DNA of 64,000 nt. Source: Polyangiaceae bacterium. GTDB lineage: Bacteria; Myxococcota_A; Polyangia; Polyangiales; Polyangiaceae. The translations under genes were made by a program, and so were the position numbers. The stretch covers positions 133,512 to 197,511 of the forward strand of contig JANRKO010000043.1 of NCBI GenBank assembly GCA_033763455.1, given 5' to 3'. Within the stretch, counting starts at the first letter, position 1. Each line of letters begins with the position of its first letter. Below are positions 1 to 9,769 of the stretch, piece after piece. The notes below the pieces were generated by a model. It made no database searches, was not told the DNA's origin, and worked only from the letters and a program-made list of their open reading frames with translations.

Positions 1-501
1 GTTGAGGTAACGCTTGCTTCCGGGAGCGATCGCTTCACCCAGCACGTTGAAGTGAAGGCAGGTGGCACTGCAGCACTATCGTTAGAAGCACCGGCGCCTG
101 AGGAGCCAAAAGCAGTAGCAGCAGCCCCTGTGGTTCAGGTTGAGGTCCAGGCAAGCCCGTCGTCTTCGAAACTCCCGTTGTACATCAGCGGTGGAGTCGG
201 AATTGCCGGGCTGGCAACCTTTGCAATTTTCGGCGCGAGCAGCCGTTCGAAGTACAGCGACCTCGATTCGGCATGCCCCAGCAAGATGAACTGCCCTGCC
301 TCCCTCGAAAGCAAGCGTGACGACGGCACGCGAGCTCAAGCTATAGCCAACGTGGGGTTGATGGTCGGGATCTTTGGGGCAAGTTCGGCAGCTTTCTTCT
401 ACCTAACGGGGACGGAAGAGAAACCTGAAGAAGTGCACACGGCTCGCGTACCCAGAGTGGATGTGGGTCTGGGCTCGGTCAGCGTAAGTGGGAGTTTCTA
501 A
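1..501 (+). CDS. C-terminal part of a myxobacterial PEGA/TPR-type exported protein (5' end outside window)
   Basis: Frame is open from the window edge. Pro/Ala linker, hydrophobic segments, a C-x5-C loop and a terminal 'VSVSGSF' strand, as in Polyangiaceae PEGA proteins. Confidence 0.6.
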   Translation, partial: VEVTLASGSDRFTQHVEVKAGGTAALSLEAPAPEEPKAVAAAPVVQVEVQASPSSSKLPLYISGGVGIAGLATFAIFGASSRSKYSDLDSACPSKMNCPASLESKRDDGTRAQAIANVGLMVGIFGASSAAFFYLTGTEEKPEEVHTARVPRVDVGLGSVSVSGSF

Positions 502-707
502 TGAAGACGTTTGGGATCGCGTGTGTTGCTCTGCTTTTTGGCAGTGTGTTGACGTCAGCCTGCACTCAAGATTTTGAGGCTTTTCAGTTTGCGGAGGGTG
601 GCGCAGCCGGAATGGCCACGTCGGCAGGTACAGGCGGAAAATCAAGCACAGGGGGCAACAAGGGTAGTGGCGGTCAGAGCAAAACGGGCGGTGCCGCGGG
701 GTTGTGA
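501..707 (+). CDS. Short lipoprotein (signal + Gly/Ser/Thr linker only; possibly truncated)
   Basis: TAATG stop/start overlap with the upstream gene; lipobox-like LTSAC; only a GS-rich linker follows before the stop. Confidence 0.6.
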   Translation: MKTFGIACVALLFGSVLTSACTQDFEAFQFAEGGAAGMATSAGTGGKSSTGGNKGSGGQSKTGGAAGL

Positions 708-786
708 TCCGGCTTTGGCCCTTTCAGGTGTCGAGGCAAGCGACGTTCTTCTCGTCGTCGGGGTACACGCGTGGTAACCTGAGTCT

Positions 787-996
787 GTGCCTGCTGATAC
801 CGAGCTTGAATCTGACTCCTTTCCAATGCCAGAGATGGACGCAAACGGCGTTGATCTGTCGCAAATCCGTAGAATGCTGGCACTCACGCCAGCAGAGCGG
901 CTAGCGGTGCTCGAATCGGCCACGGCATCCATGCTAAGCGTGCGAGGTGGTGTCGTCCGGTCCCAAGTACCAAGAGATCCTGATCCGGCTCGCTGA
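787..996 (+). CDS. Small protein upstream of a nucleotidyltransferase (putative antitoxin/partner); start may be 826 or 835
   Basis: GVDLSQIRRMLALTPAERL resembles small proteins that precede minimal nucleotidyltransferases; overlaps the next ORF. Confidence 0.55.
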   Translation: MPADTELESDSFPMPEMDANGVDLSQIRRMLALTPAERLAVLESATASMLSVRGGVVRSQVPRDPDPAR

Positions 997-1441
997 CGCC
1001 GAGGTCGAATCGATTGTCGTGGGCATGGCTGCGGCCGTAATTCAGGGCGTCCCGACGATGACATGGGATCTCGATATTGTGCATCGTCGGACGCAGGATA
1101 ATGTCGACAGGCTCCTTGGGGTTCTCGCCGATATCGACGCCTTTGCTAGGAACGATAAGCGACGACTGCGGCCCAACGCGACCCATTTGATGGGGCCGGG
1201 CCATATATTGCTGGAGACCCGATTCGGGGATTTCGACTGTTTGGGGTCGATAGACGGAGCGAGAACCTACGAGGATTTGCTGAGTGCGACGCTCGTTGTT
1301 GAGGTGGACCGGCGCAAGGTCCGTGTCCTCGCTTTGCGTGAACTGCTCGGAGTCAAGACGAGAGCGGGTCGCCCCAAAGATATTGCGGCTATTCCTTACC
1401 TCCAATCCACCCTCGCAGAAATCGAGGGCAAGCGCGAGTGA
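947..1441 (+). CDS. Nucleotidyltransferase-fold protein (DUF6036-like)
   Basis: VVGMAAAVIQG, T.DLDI catalytic-like motif, and C-terminal K..AGRPKD. Confidence 0.75.
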   Translation: MVSSGPKYQEILIRLADAEVESIVVGMAAAVIQGVPTMTWDLDIVHRRTQDNVDRLLGVLADIDAFARNDKRRLRPNATHLMGPGHILLETRFGDFDCLGSIDGARTYEDLLSATLVVEVDRRKVRVLALRELLGVKTRAGRPKDIAAIPYLQSTLAEIEGKRE

Positions 1442-1462
1442 TGCCTAAGTGGCGCTTGACGC

Positions 1463-2545
1463 GTGGGGCCGAAGACGCAAGGCTTCGGTGCCCAGCTGCG
1501 GAAGAGCTTACGCGTGACCTCTGAAAGCCCAAAGAAGCACCGCAATTCACGCGAAGAAGAGTCCGACTCAGAGGAGCAGAGCGGGCAAAATGAGGTCGAG
1601 GAACTCGACGACGTAGCGATTGAGGCGGAAGCGGTGTTTTCGGACGATGTGCCCGAACCGGCGAACCTCAGCACCGAGAACCGCGGCGCGCTCGCCAAGA
1701 CCGACGCGCTGGCCGTTTACATGCGTGAGGTGCAGCGTCACCGTCTACTGAGTGCCGACGAGCAGCATGAGCTCGCCGTTCGTTACGCGAAAACGGGGGA
1801 TGTGGAGGCGGCCGCGCAGCTCGTTACGGCCAACCTGCGCTTGGTTGTAAAGATCGCCTACGAATACCGACGCGCGTACCGCAACATGATGGATTTAGTG
1901 CAAGAGGGCAACATTGGCCTCATGCAGGCGGTCAAGAAGTACGATCCATACCGTGGCGTAAAGCTCTCCAGCTATTCGGCCTGGTGGATTCGCGCCTACA
2001 TGCTCCGGTTCATCCTAAACAACTGGCGCATGGTGAAGATCGGCACCACGCAAGCCCAACGCAAGCTGTTTTTCAATCTCAACAAAGAGAAAGAGAAGTT
2101 GCTTGCTATGGGCATTTCGCCCACCCACGGTGAAATCGCCAAACGTTTGAATGTAGAGGAGCAAGAAGTTGTCGAGATGGATCGCCGCTTGGCGCGCGGA
2201 GATGCATCGCTGGATGCAACTGTGGGTGATGCGGATGGCAAGCAGACCACGCGCATGGATCTACTCCCGGGCGTGGGCACCCCTCCCGATGAAGCTGCGG
2301 CCGGAGCTGAGCTTCAGGAGCTCGTGCGGACGCACTTGGATGATTTTCGCCTAACGCTCAAGGGCAAAGATGTTGAAATCTTTGATCAGCGCCTTGTTGC
2401 CGACGAACCCCTCACACTGCAAGAATTGGGGGATAAATTTGGCGTTTCTCGCGAGCGCGTGCGCCAGCTAGAGGCGCGCCTCACGGGGAAATTGCGGGTC
2501 TTCCTGGAAGAAAAGCTGGGCGATGCCGTTCGCGTGAGGGATTAG
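1463..2545 (+). CDS. RNA polymerase sigma factor, RpoH/sigma-32 family
   Basis: [21 protein letters not shown], RpoH box QRKLFFNL and region 4 [11 protein letters not shown]. Confidence 0.92.
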   Translation: MGPKTQGFGAQLRKSLRVTSESPKKHRNSREEESDSEEQSGQNEVEELDDVAIEAEAVFSDDVPEPANLSTENRGALAKTDALAVYMREVQRHRLLSADEQHELAVRYAKTGDVEAAAQLVTANLRLVVKIAYEYRRAYRNMMDLVQEGNIGLMQAVKKYDPYRGVKLSSYSAWWIRAYMLRFILNNWRMVKIGTTQAQRKLFFNLNKEKEKLLAMGISPTHGEIAKRLNVEEQEVVEMDRRLARGDASLDATVGDADGKQTTRMDLLPGVGTPPDEAAAGAELQELVRTHLDDFRLTLKGKDVEIFDQRLVADEPLTLQELGDKFGVSRERVRQLEARLTGKLRVFLEEKLGDAVRVRD

Positions 2546-2553
2546 CTCGTTTC

Positions 2554-3429
2554 ATGGAACAGCGCCCACGGCCCGCGGCCGCCCTCTACGTGGTCGCAAC
2601 GCCCATCGGGAATCTTGGGGATATCACGCTGCGTGCCGTGGAAACGTTGCGCCAGGTGGAGTGGGTCTTGGCGGAAGATACACGCCGCACACGTTCGCTC
2701 CTCTCACATTTGGGAATTTCTAAGCCGGTAACTCGTGTGGATGCACACTCAAGCCCTGCCACCCTACAGGGCATCGTCGCCAAGATCGCCTTGGGGCAGC
2801 CCGCTGCATTGGTAACGGATGCTGGCGTTCCAGCGGTGAGTGATCCGGGAGCTTTGTTGGTTGCAGCCGCGACTCAGGGCGGGGTAACGGTGGTGCCGGT
2901 GCCGGGAGCGAGTGCGGTGACGGCAGCGGTTTCTGTGTCTGGCTTTTCGGGGGGAACGTTTTTCTTTTTTGGGTTTCTCCCGAGAAAGGGCAAAGAGCGC
3001 AAGGATGCGCTCGATCGTCTTTGCGCAATGACGGATTCGGTGGTGCTCTTGGAGTCACCCCATCGCTGCCAAGCGACACTCGCGGATTTGGCTGAACGCA
3101 CACCGGAGCGTCAGATCTTGGTGGCCCGGGAGCTCACGAAGCTGAACGAGGAGTTGGCGCGAGGTACGGCCGCGGAGCTCGCGGTGCGATCGGACTGGCG
3201 TGGCGAGATAACGCTGGTGTTGGGCCCCAAGGATGCCCTGGCGTCGGCACCGCTTGACGAGCTTGGCCTCAATGATGCGATTGCCGAACGTCTTCTGCAG
3301 GGCCAAACGGCCCGGGTGATATCCGCTGAGCTCGCCGTACGCTTCAGCCAGCCTCGTCGCGAGGTTTATGAGCGCGTGCTTGCGCTGAGAAGCAAGCACC
3401 TTGAGGGCGAGCCTTCGGACGACGAATAG
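2554..3429 (+). CDS. rsmI: 16S rRNA C1402 2'-O-methyltransferase
   Basis: LYVVATPIGNLGDIT, AEDTR, DAGVPAVSDPG, ESPHR, ARELTK. Confidence 0.95.
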   Translation: MEQRPRPAAALYVVATPIGNLGDITLRAVETLRQVEWVLAEDTRRTRSLLSHLGISKPVTRVDAHSSPATLQGIVAKIALGQPAALVTDAGVPAVSDPGALLVAAATQGGVTVVPVPGASAVTAAVSVSGFSGGTFFFFGFLPRKGKERKDALDRLCAMTDSVVLLESPHRCQATLADLAERTPERQILVARELTKLNEELARGTAAELAVRSDWRGEITLVLGPKDALASAPLDELGLNDAIAERLLQGQTARVISAELAVRFSQPRREVYERVLALRSKHLEGEPSDDE

Positions 3430-3488
3430 CCGCATTTTTTGGCTCCAAGTAGCTCGCCTCGGCTGGGGTGTGGTAAGGGGGGCCACTC

Positions 3489-5123
3489 ATGTTCGAAGCT
3501 CTCAGTAAAGGTTTTCGCGAGGCACAAAATCGTCTGGCCGGGCTCACGGAGCTCGACGAAAAGAACATCAAGCCCGCGCTCAAAGAGGTGCGCGAGTCTC
3601 TGCTGGCAGCCGACGTCGAGCTTGGCGTCGTCAAACGCTTCCTCGCGAATGTGGAGGAAAAGTCGATAGGGCAAACGCTGCGCACACGCGTAAAGCACGC
3701 CGGGGAAACCCGAAGCGTTTCGGCGGCCGAAGCCTTCGTAAAGATCTGCCACGACGAGCTCGTTGAGCTGATGAGCCCGGGCGCTCAGTCACTGGTTTTT
3801 GCCAGCACGGGACGCACGAAGCTGATGATGGTGGGCCTACAAGGCTCCGGCAAAACAACATCTTCGGCCAAGCTGGCCGCTTACCTTACTCGGGAAAAGA
3901 AAAAGCCGCTGCTCGTGGCCGCCGATATGCAGCGCCCCGCAGCTGTGGAGCAGCTCAAGGTTCTTGGCGAGAAAATTAACGTTCCGGTGTTCAATATCCC
4001 CGGCGAAACGCCGGTGAACATTTGCCGAGCGGCGGATGCGGAGGCCAAGCGCCTGGGTTGCGACGTCATCATTTTCGACACCGCCGGTCGCCTGGCTATC
4101 GACGAAGCTCTGATGCAGGAGCTGGCTGAAATTCAAAGCTCGGTGCGCCCTGAGAACGTGCTCTTGGTGATCGACGCCATGATAGGCCAAGACGCCGTAC
4201 AGACCGCTCGCGGATTTCACGACCGCTTGGGCCTAACGGGCGTTGTGCTCACCAAGTTGGATGGAGACGCGCGTGGTGGCGCCGCCCTGAGCGTGAAAGA
4301 AGTCACCGGCGCCCCGGTGCTGTTCGTCGGCATGGGCGAAACCACGGACAAGCTGGAGCCATTTCGTGCCGAAGGCATGGCGAGTCGCGTGCTCGGCATG
4401 GGCGATGTGGTCGGCTTGATGCAGGACTTTGAAGAAGTCATCGACAAGAAGCAAGCGGAGGAAGACGCGCTCCGGATGTTGAGCGGACAGTTCTCTCTCG
4501 AGGATTTTCTGAGCCAGGTGAAGATGATCCAGAAAATGGGGTCACTTAAAGATCTCGTCGATAAGATCCCCGGCATGGGGGGCATGCTTCCAACTGGCAT
4601 CAACCTTGACGACAAAGAGCTCACTCGGATCGAAGCCATGATTCAGTCGATGACGCGCGAGGAACGAAGAGATCCTCAAGCGCTCATCCGTGAGCCATCC
4701 CGTGTCAAACGCATCTCCCGCGGCTCCGGTCAGCCCGAGCAGGGCGTGGGTGAGCTGGTTCAGAAGTTCATGTTCATGAAGCAGATGATGTCGGGCATGG
4801 GTGGGAATCTAGGAATGATGGGCAACATCCCGGGCCTTAGGCAGTTGGCGCAGGCGCGCAACATGAAGAAGGCGATGAAGGGCGGTATGCCCGGTGGCAT
4901 CCCCGGCTTTCCGGGAATGGGTGGCTTTCCAGGTATGCCAGGAATGGGTATGCCAGGCTTCCCGGACATGGGTGCAATGGCCGGCATGTTCGGCGGCATG
5001 CCGGGCATGGGCACGGCGGAGCCAGCGGCTCCGCGCATGAAGACGCTCTCGCGTGCCGAGCGCAATGCGAAGAAGAATCAGCGAAAGTCGCAGCGCGATG
5101 CTCGCAAGAAGAACAAGAAGTAG
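3489..5123 (+). CDS. ffh: Signal recognition particle protein
   Basis: GLQGSGKTT, DTAGRL, TKLDGDARGGAALS, Met-rich M domain. Confidence 0.97.
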   Translation: MFEALSKGFREAQNRLAGLTELDEKNIKPALKEVRESLLAADVELGVVKRFLANVEEKSIGQTLRTRVKHAGETRSVSAAEAFVKICHDELVELMSPGAQSLVFASTGRTKLMMVGLQGSGKTTSSAKLAAYLTREKKKPLLVAADMQRPAAVEQLKVLGEKINVPVFNIPGETPVNICRAADAEAKRLGCDVIIFDTAGRLAIDEALMQELAEIQSSVRPENVLLVIDAMIGQDAVQTARGFHDRLGLTGVVLTKLDGDARGGAALSVKEVTGAPVLFVGMGETTDKLEPFRAEGMASRVLGMGDVVGLMQDFEEVIDKKQAEEDALRMLSGQFSLEDFLSQVKMIQKMGSLKDLVDKIPGMGGMLPTGINLDDKELTRIEAMIQSMTREERRDPQALIREPSRVKRISRGSGQPEQGVGELVQKFMFMKQMMSGMGGNLGMMGNIPGLRQLAQARNMKKAMKGGMPGGIPGFPGMGGFPGMPGMGMPGFPDMGAMAGMFGGMPGMGTAEPAAPRMKTLSRAERNAKKNQRKSQRDARKKNKK

Positions 5124-5141
5124 CGCTATGGGTCGCATACC

Positions 5142-6638
5142 GTGATCACGCTTCGGAGGGAGCTTGTGGGCCGTGTGCCTGGCGGTAAAAGCCAAATCAG
5201 AGGCTTATGTGGCGCGCTGCTCGCGTTTCTGCTTCTTGCGGGTTGCGGAGGCGAACGGGCACGAGTAGAGCGCGAAAAAGCGCGACTTCAGGCGTATATC
5301 TTGGACGTATCGCCAAGCATTGCGAACCGCCTGGATATTGATTTTGACGGTAAGGTAATGCTGCTCGGTTACGCAGTTCTGCCCCAGAAGGTCCGCCCTG
5401 GCCAACCTGTGCACCTCACACTCTATTGGCAAAGCAAGGCGGATATTGCCGAAGGCTGGACGCTATTCACTCGCCTCTTGGATAGTTCTGGCGAACAGAT
5501 CGACAATCTTGACGGCCAGGGGCCTCTGCGTGCGTGGGTGCGCAAGGGCGAAAAGCAAACTCTTGGCCCTGATGCTTGGGAGCGCGGCAAAATATACGTG
5601 GATGAATTGGTATTTACGTTGCCGCTAGACACGAACACAGAAAATGTCCAGATCGTCGCGGGTGTAAAGAACGGTGATGCGCGGTTAGTACCCCGCTCGG
5701 GCACTCACGATGCGCACAGCAACAGCGCCGTCGTTACGCTTGACGTCGAGTTGGTTCGAAAAGAACCGCCTGTACAGACACCGCCACCGGTTCCTTTCCT
5801 CCGAGTGCTGAAGCTGCCAGCGGGCGCAGCCATTAAGCTCGATGGGCAACTCACCGAGCCACAATGGCAGTCGGCCGCCGCCACGCCAAGCTTCGTTGAT
5901 CCGGCAAGTGGCCTACCGAATCCACGCTTGCCTGTTTCAGCCACTGCCAAGGTGTTGTGGGACGATGCGGGCTTCTACCTTGGGTGCAACGTGGCAACGG
6001 GCAACATAGTAGGTGGCTTCAAGCCGGGTCTTGCCGATCAGCACCTGTGGACCGAAGACGCCGTGGAGGTGTTGATCGATCCGGACGGTGATGGGGACAA
6101 TCGGGACTACTACGAGATCCAGGTGAACCCCCAAAACCTGGTCTTTGATTCTCAATTCGACGCCTACAACGTTCCCCGTGATGAAAAGGCTGGGACCTTT
6201 GGTCATCAGGGTTGGTCATCGCATCTGAAAAGCGCGGTGCGAGTCGATGGCACTCTTCACATCGCAACCGATCAAGACCGTGGCTACACCGTGGAAATGT
6301 TCGTGCCTTGGAAGTCTTTCGCGCTCGCGAAAGTGCGGCCTCCGCATTCAGGAGACGTGTGGCGCATGAATATATACGCGGTGAAGCAAAATGCCGGTGT
6401 CGCGTGGTCGGCCATCATGGGCCAAGGTAATTTTCACACCGCGGGTCGTTTTGGTCGCATTCTGTGGATCGATCCCAGCCTCGAAGAAGCCTCGCGATCG
6501 GGCTCGAATCAAGGTGGGGCCCCGGGAGTGCAAGCGATCCAGCGCAATGCTGCGGCCAACCTCGCACGGCTACGCTCATCTTTATCCCAAGGCTCACGCG
6601 CGGAACGTGTGTTGGAGCTACAGCGCACTTTGAAGTGA
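5142..6638 (+). CDS. Lipoprotein with CBM9/DOMON-like carbohydrate-binding domain
   Basis: LLAGC lipobox; IKLDGQLTEPQW, LWTEDAVEVLIDPDGDG, YYEIQVNP, YTVEMFVPW, WRMN. Confidence 0.75.
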   Translation: MITLRRELVGRVPGGKSQIRGLCGALLAFLLLAGCGGERARVEREKARLQAYILDVSPSIANRLDIDFDGKVMLLGYAVLPQKVRPGQPVHLTLYWQSKADIAEGWTLFTRLLDSSGEQIDNLDGQGPLRAWVRKGEKQTLGPDAWERGKIYVDELVFTLPLDTNTENVQIVAGVKNGDARLVPRSGTHDAHSNSAVVTLDVELVRKEPPVQTPPPVPFLRVLKLPAGAAIKLDGQLTEPQWQSAAATPSFVDPASGLPNPRLPVSATAKVLWDDAGFYLGCNVATGNIVGGFKPGLADQHLWTEDAVEVLIDPDGDGDNRDYYEIQVNPQNLVFDSQFDAYNVPRDEKAGTFGHQGWSSHLKSAVRVDGTLHIATDQDRGYTVEMFVPWKSFALAKVRPPHSGDVWRMNIYAVKQNAGVAWSAIMGQGNFHTAGRFGRILWIDPSLEEASRSGSNQGGAPGVQAIQRNAAANLARLRSSLSQGSRAERVLELQRTLK

Positions 6639-6671
6639 TTGAAGCCCTTTCCCTCGGGCAAAAAGAAGCTT

Positions 6672-7151
6672 TCAGAGGTGGTACTGGAGGCGGAGCTTGC
6701 CCTGGGCTTCTTCGCACTGGGTAAGGTGCGTGTGGCTTTCGCGCAATGTGGCTTCGGCCTTTAACAGTCGTTGGAGCAGCACTTCGGCACTTGCCGGTGG
6801 AGCGTTTGCGCTGGAGGCTCCACTTGCATCACCGGCGTCCGCAGGGTTGAGGGCCCGGCGCACGGTTCGGGTTTCCCCGAGGCTTTGCCCAAACATCTCA
6901 TAGGCGTTTACACAAACTTGCTTGAGCGAACAGCCGAGCTCCGGGCCGCACGGCGCCTGGCGCAAAGCTTGAAGGTGAGGATGTTTTTCAAGGTTGGGCG
7001 CGGCTCTGAGTCGATCAATGGCTTGCGAAAGGCGCCCGAGCTGTGCCCTTTCATCACTGGATGGTTCCGCGTTCTTGGCGCAGCTCACCGCGGCGCTCAA
7101 CCAGCACACTATTGCTCCAATGTGCAAAAGCCAGCTTGGTAGCCCGCGCAT
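6672..7151 (-). CDS. Hypothetical lipoprotein (start uncertain)
   Basis: AVSC lipobox-like motif; helical Cys-containing body; lies downstream of the co-oriented 7201-7737 gene. Confidence 0.5.
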   Translation of the reverse strand: MRGLPSWLLHIGAIVCWLSAAVSCAKNAEPSSDERAQLGRLSQAIDRLRAAPNLEKHPHLQALRQAPCGPELGCSLKQVCVNAYEMFGQSLGETRTVRRALNPADAGDASGASSANAPPASAEVLLQRLLKAEATLRESHTHLTQCEEAQGKLRLQYHL

Positions 7152-7200
7152 TCGAACCCCGCGCAACGGAGCGTTGACGGCCGTGCGAGCGGAAGGCGCC

Positions 7201-7737
7201 CTACTCACTCTTCTGTGGTGTCGGCCCCATCTGCAGGCGTTCGCCAAGGTAGGCGCCGATGAGTGTGAACATCACGCCCAAAAAGCCGAGCAGAATGTAC
7301 ATGAAGCCAGGCATCGTCTTTACGGTTTGCCCGGCGTGCAGCAGGAAGGAAGTGGGCATAGCCACCAAAAATACGGCGGCCACGGGCTCCACGAAGGTTT
7401 TGCCTGGGCTCACCAGCCCAATCAGGAGGCCACCCAAAAACCACGTCGGGATGGAGATCACCATTCCCACGTAACCTTCGAAATCTAAGAACGGAAGCAT
7501 CATCGGCAGTCCCATGAGTAGCGCCACGGTGACCACCGCTATGATGGCCAGCGATACGCCGAACCATTTCATGCTGAACCCTTCCTGCTGATAACGCCGC
7601 TCCAGCTCTTCTTGCCGGGACATAGCGCGCTTCAGATCTTCAATCTTCGCCCCACACGAGACGCAGCGATCATTGGCGAGGGGGGATTGATTCTTAAAAC
7701 CGCAAAAGGGGCAGATGATTTGCTTCGCCTGTGCCAT
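7201..7737 (-). CDS. Zinc-ribbon membrane protein
   Basis: CPFC...CVSC at the N-terminus followed by about four hydrophobic helices. Confidence 0.75.
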   Translation of the reverse strand: MAQAKQIICPFCGFKNQSPLANDRCVSCGAKIEDLKRAMSRQEELERRYQQEGFSMKWFGVSLAIIAVVTVALLMGLPMMLPFLDFEGYVGMVISIPTWFLGGLLIGLVSPGKTFVEPVAAVFLVAMPTSFLLHAGQTVKTMPGFMYILLGFLGVMFTLIGAYLGERLQMGPTPQKSE

Positions 7738-7831
7738 GAAACCTCAAGCTTTAAAGAATACCAGCCGAGGGTGCCCCGTACAGGGGTGAGCTCAGAGCCG
7801 ACCTAGAATCATCCCGCTGGCTCAACGGCCG

Positions 7832-8515
7832 ATGGAACCCGATGCGCCTTTCGGTGTCTGTGGAAGTGTTTCGTTGCCTCCTTCTTCCATACCCGAGCCC
7901 CCGAGAGATTTAGCGAGCTTACCTCGGCCCGCGGGCGTTTTGCGTTGGCTCACGGCTGCCGTGCTCCTCTTGGTGCTGGCCGGGAGCTCGGCCATGGCGG
8001 TGGGCCTGCGTCGGGACGCGGCATTTGCGCTCCGGACAGGCAAACCCGACGACATCGGCCAATTGGAGCACCTTCGTCCCGGGCCTGAATTGGCGAATCA
8101 ATGGGTGCGCGCGGAGGCCAAGCTAAGCCCCGGATCGGTAGATTACCGCAGGCCGTTTGAGGCTGCGGTGTTCCGGCTCTTCCCTGTCGCTTCGGGCGCA
8201 CCGGTATTCGTTCAAGTGCAGGTGCCGGAAGGGGGCGAGTTTGTGATGCCGTCATCTTTCGTGGGGCGTCTCGTGCCGCTTGAGCAGTTGGGCATCTACC
8301 ACCAGGGTCTGAAAGCTGCCCTGGCTTCACGCTTTGGTTCCGCGGAAAACGCGTGGGTCTTGCTGGATGGGGACGCGCCAAGCTCCCAGCGTTGGGCTCT
8401 TGGCCTTGCCCTATTGTGCCTTTCTTTTTCGGCGTTCTCCTTGCTTTCATTCATCGCGCTTTTCTGGCCTAGTGTGCCGACGTCGCATGAACAACGCGAA
8501 ACCCAAGAAGCCTAA
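7832..8515 (+). CDS. Hypothetical membrane protein (2 TM)
   Basis: Hydrophobic segments at both ends; overlaps the thiO start. Confidence 0.65.
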   Translation: MEPDAPFGVCGSVSLPPSSIPEPPRDLASLPRPAGVLRWLTAAVLLLVLAGSSAMAVGLRRDAAFALRTGKPDDIGQLEHLRPGPELANQWVRAEAKLSPGSVDYRRPFEAAVFRLFPVASGAPVFVQVQVPEGGEFVMPSSFVGRLVPLEQLGIYHQGLKAALASRFGSAENAWVLLDGDAPSSQRWALGLALLCLSFSAFSLLSFIALFWPSVPTSHEQRETQEA

Positions 8516-9614
8516 CGTAGTTATCATTGGCGGTGGCGTCGTAGGGTGCGCGGCAGCTTGGCGCCTTGCAAAAAAAGGCGCGCAGGTTACCGTGTTAGAA
8601 CGCAGTATACCTGGAGCCGAAGCAAGCAGCGCGGCGGCGGGTATCCTTGGAGCGCAGGTGGAGAGCCACCACCCTGGGCCTATGGCAGAGCTTTCGCTCA
8701 AGAGTCGGAGTTACTTCTCGAATTGGGCTCGGGATCTCCTGCGGGAGACAGGGGTCGATATTGGTTACAGAGAAGGCGGGGTGATTCGGGCGGCCTTCTC
8801 CGACAAAGAAGGCAAAAAATCACAAAAAGAAGCCGTCTGGCAGCGCAAGCTCGGCCTGAAAGTGGCAATTCTTCGAAAGCGGGACCTGCTCCAGTTGGAG
8901 CCTGAGCTATCGCCAACGTTGGTGGCTGGCCTGCACTACGAGGGCGATGCGCGAATTGACCCAGTGCTATTTTCAAGGGCGCTCCATCTGGCCGCGCAGC
9001 GCGCGGGGGTGCGCTTCGTTTCCGGAGCACCCGTACGCACCATCTGCGAAGCGGAGGGCAAGGTCACTGGGGTTTCACTTGAAGACGGCCAAGCGGTGTC
9101 AGCTAACGTGGTCGTTGTCGCCGCGGGGAGTTGGACGAGCCAAATTGGCGGCCTTGGAATTGCGAGCGACAGCGTTCGCCCTGCTCGTGGTCAGATCGTG
9201 GAGCTCTTGCACCCCGAGCGTCTCTTACAGCGAATTGTGTTTGGTCCCAACTGTTACGTGGTGCCGCGCGACGATGGGCGCTTGCTCGTTGGCTCCACGT
9301 TGGAGTTCGCAGGCTACCACAAGGCAGTTACGGCTGGCGCGGTAGCGCAGCTCTTAACCGCTGCTATCGCCCTTGTGCCACGCGTGAAAGACGCAACCCT
9401 TTCGCAAACATGGTCCAACTTTCGGCCCTTCACGGAAGATGAGCTGCCGCTGCTTGGAAAAGGTGCCATTCAAGGGCTCGTATTCGCCTCAGGGCACTAC
9501 CGCAACGGAATTCTACTCGCCCCGGTGAGTGCAGAAGCCGTAGTTTCTCTCGTGTTCGGCGGCAAAGCGCCTTTGGATTTGGCTCCGTTTAACCCATTTC
9601 GCTCACACGGGTGA
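8487..9614 (+). CDS. thiO: Glycine oxidase ThiO / DAO-family FAD oxidoreductase
   Basis: IIGGGVVG, EASSAAAGIL, RPARGQ, GHYRNGILLAP; ATG at 8487 (MNNAKP). Confidence 0.88.
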   Translation: MNNAKPKKPNVVIIGGGVVGCAAAWRLAKKGAQVTVLERSIPGAEASSAAAGILGAQVESHHPGPMAELSLKSRSYFSNWARDLLRETGVDIGYREGGVIRAAFSDKEGKKSQKEAVWQRKLGLKVAILRKRDLLQLEPELSPTLVAGLHYEGDARIDPVLFSRALHLAAQRAGVRFVSGAPVRTICEAEGKVTGVSLEDGQAVSANVVVVAAGSWTSQIGGLGIASDSVRPARGQIVELLHPERLLQRIVFGPNCYVVPRDDGRLLVGSTLEFAGYHKAVTAGAVAQLLTAAIALVPRVKDATLSQTWSNFRPFTEDELPLLGKGAIQGLVFASGHYRNGILLAPVSAEAVVSLVFGGKAPLDLAPFNPFRSHG

Positions 9615-9733
9615 GCGAAATGGTGCGGGCGCATAGCAATGTCAGTGTCGGAGAAGCAGAGAACCAAGGGTTGACGAAGCTGGTTCACCTGCCTTACGTA
9701 ATAGGCGCGGGGAGCTACAACACGTGCCAGCTC

Positions 9734-9763
9734 TGCGCGGAGTCAAAATTTTTGCGCGGAGTC
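9734..9763 (+). repeat. Direct repeat TGCGCGGAGTC x2 just upstream of the 9770 start
   Basis: Identical 11-mers at 9734 and 9753. Confidence 0.6.
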
Positions 9764-9769
9764 GAAAAG

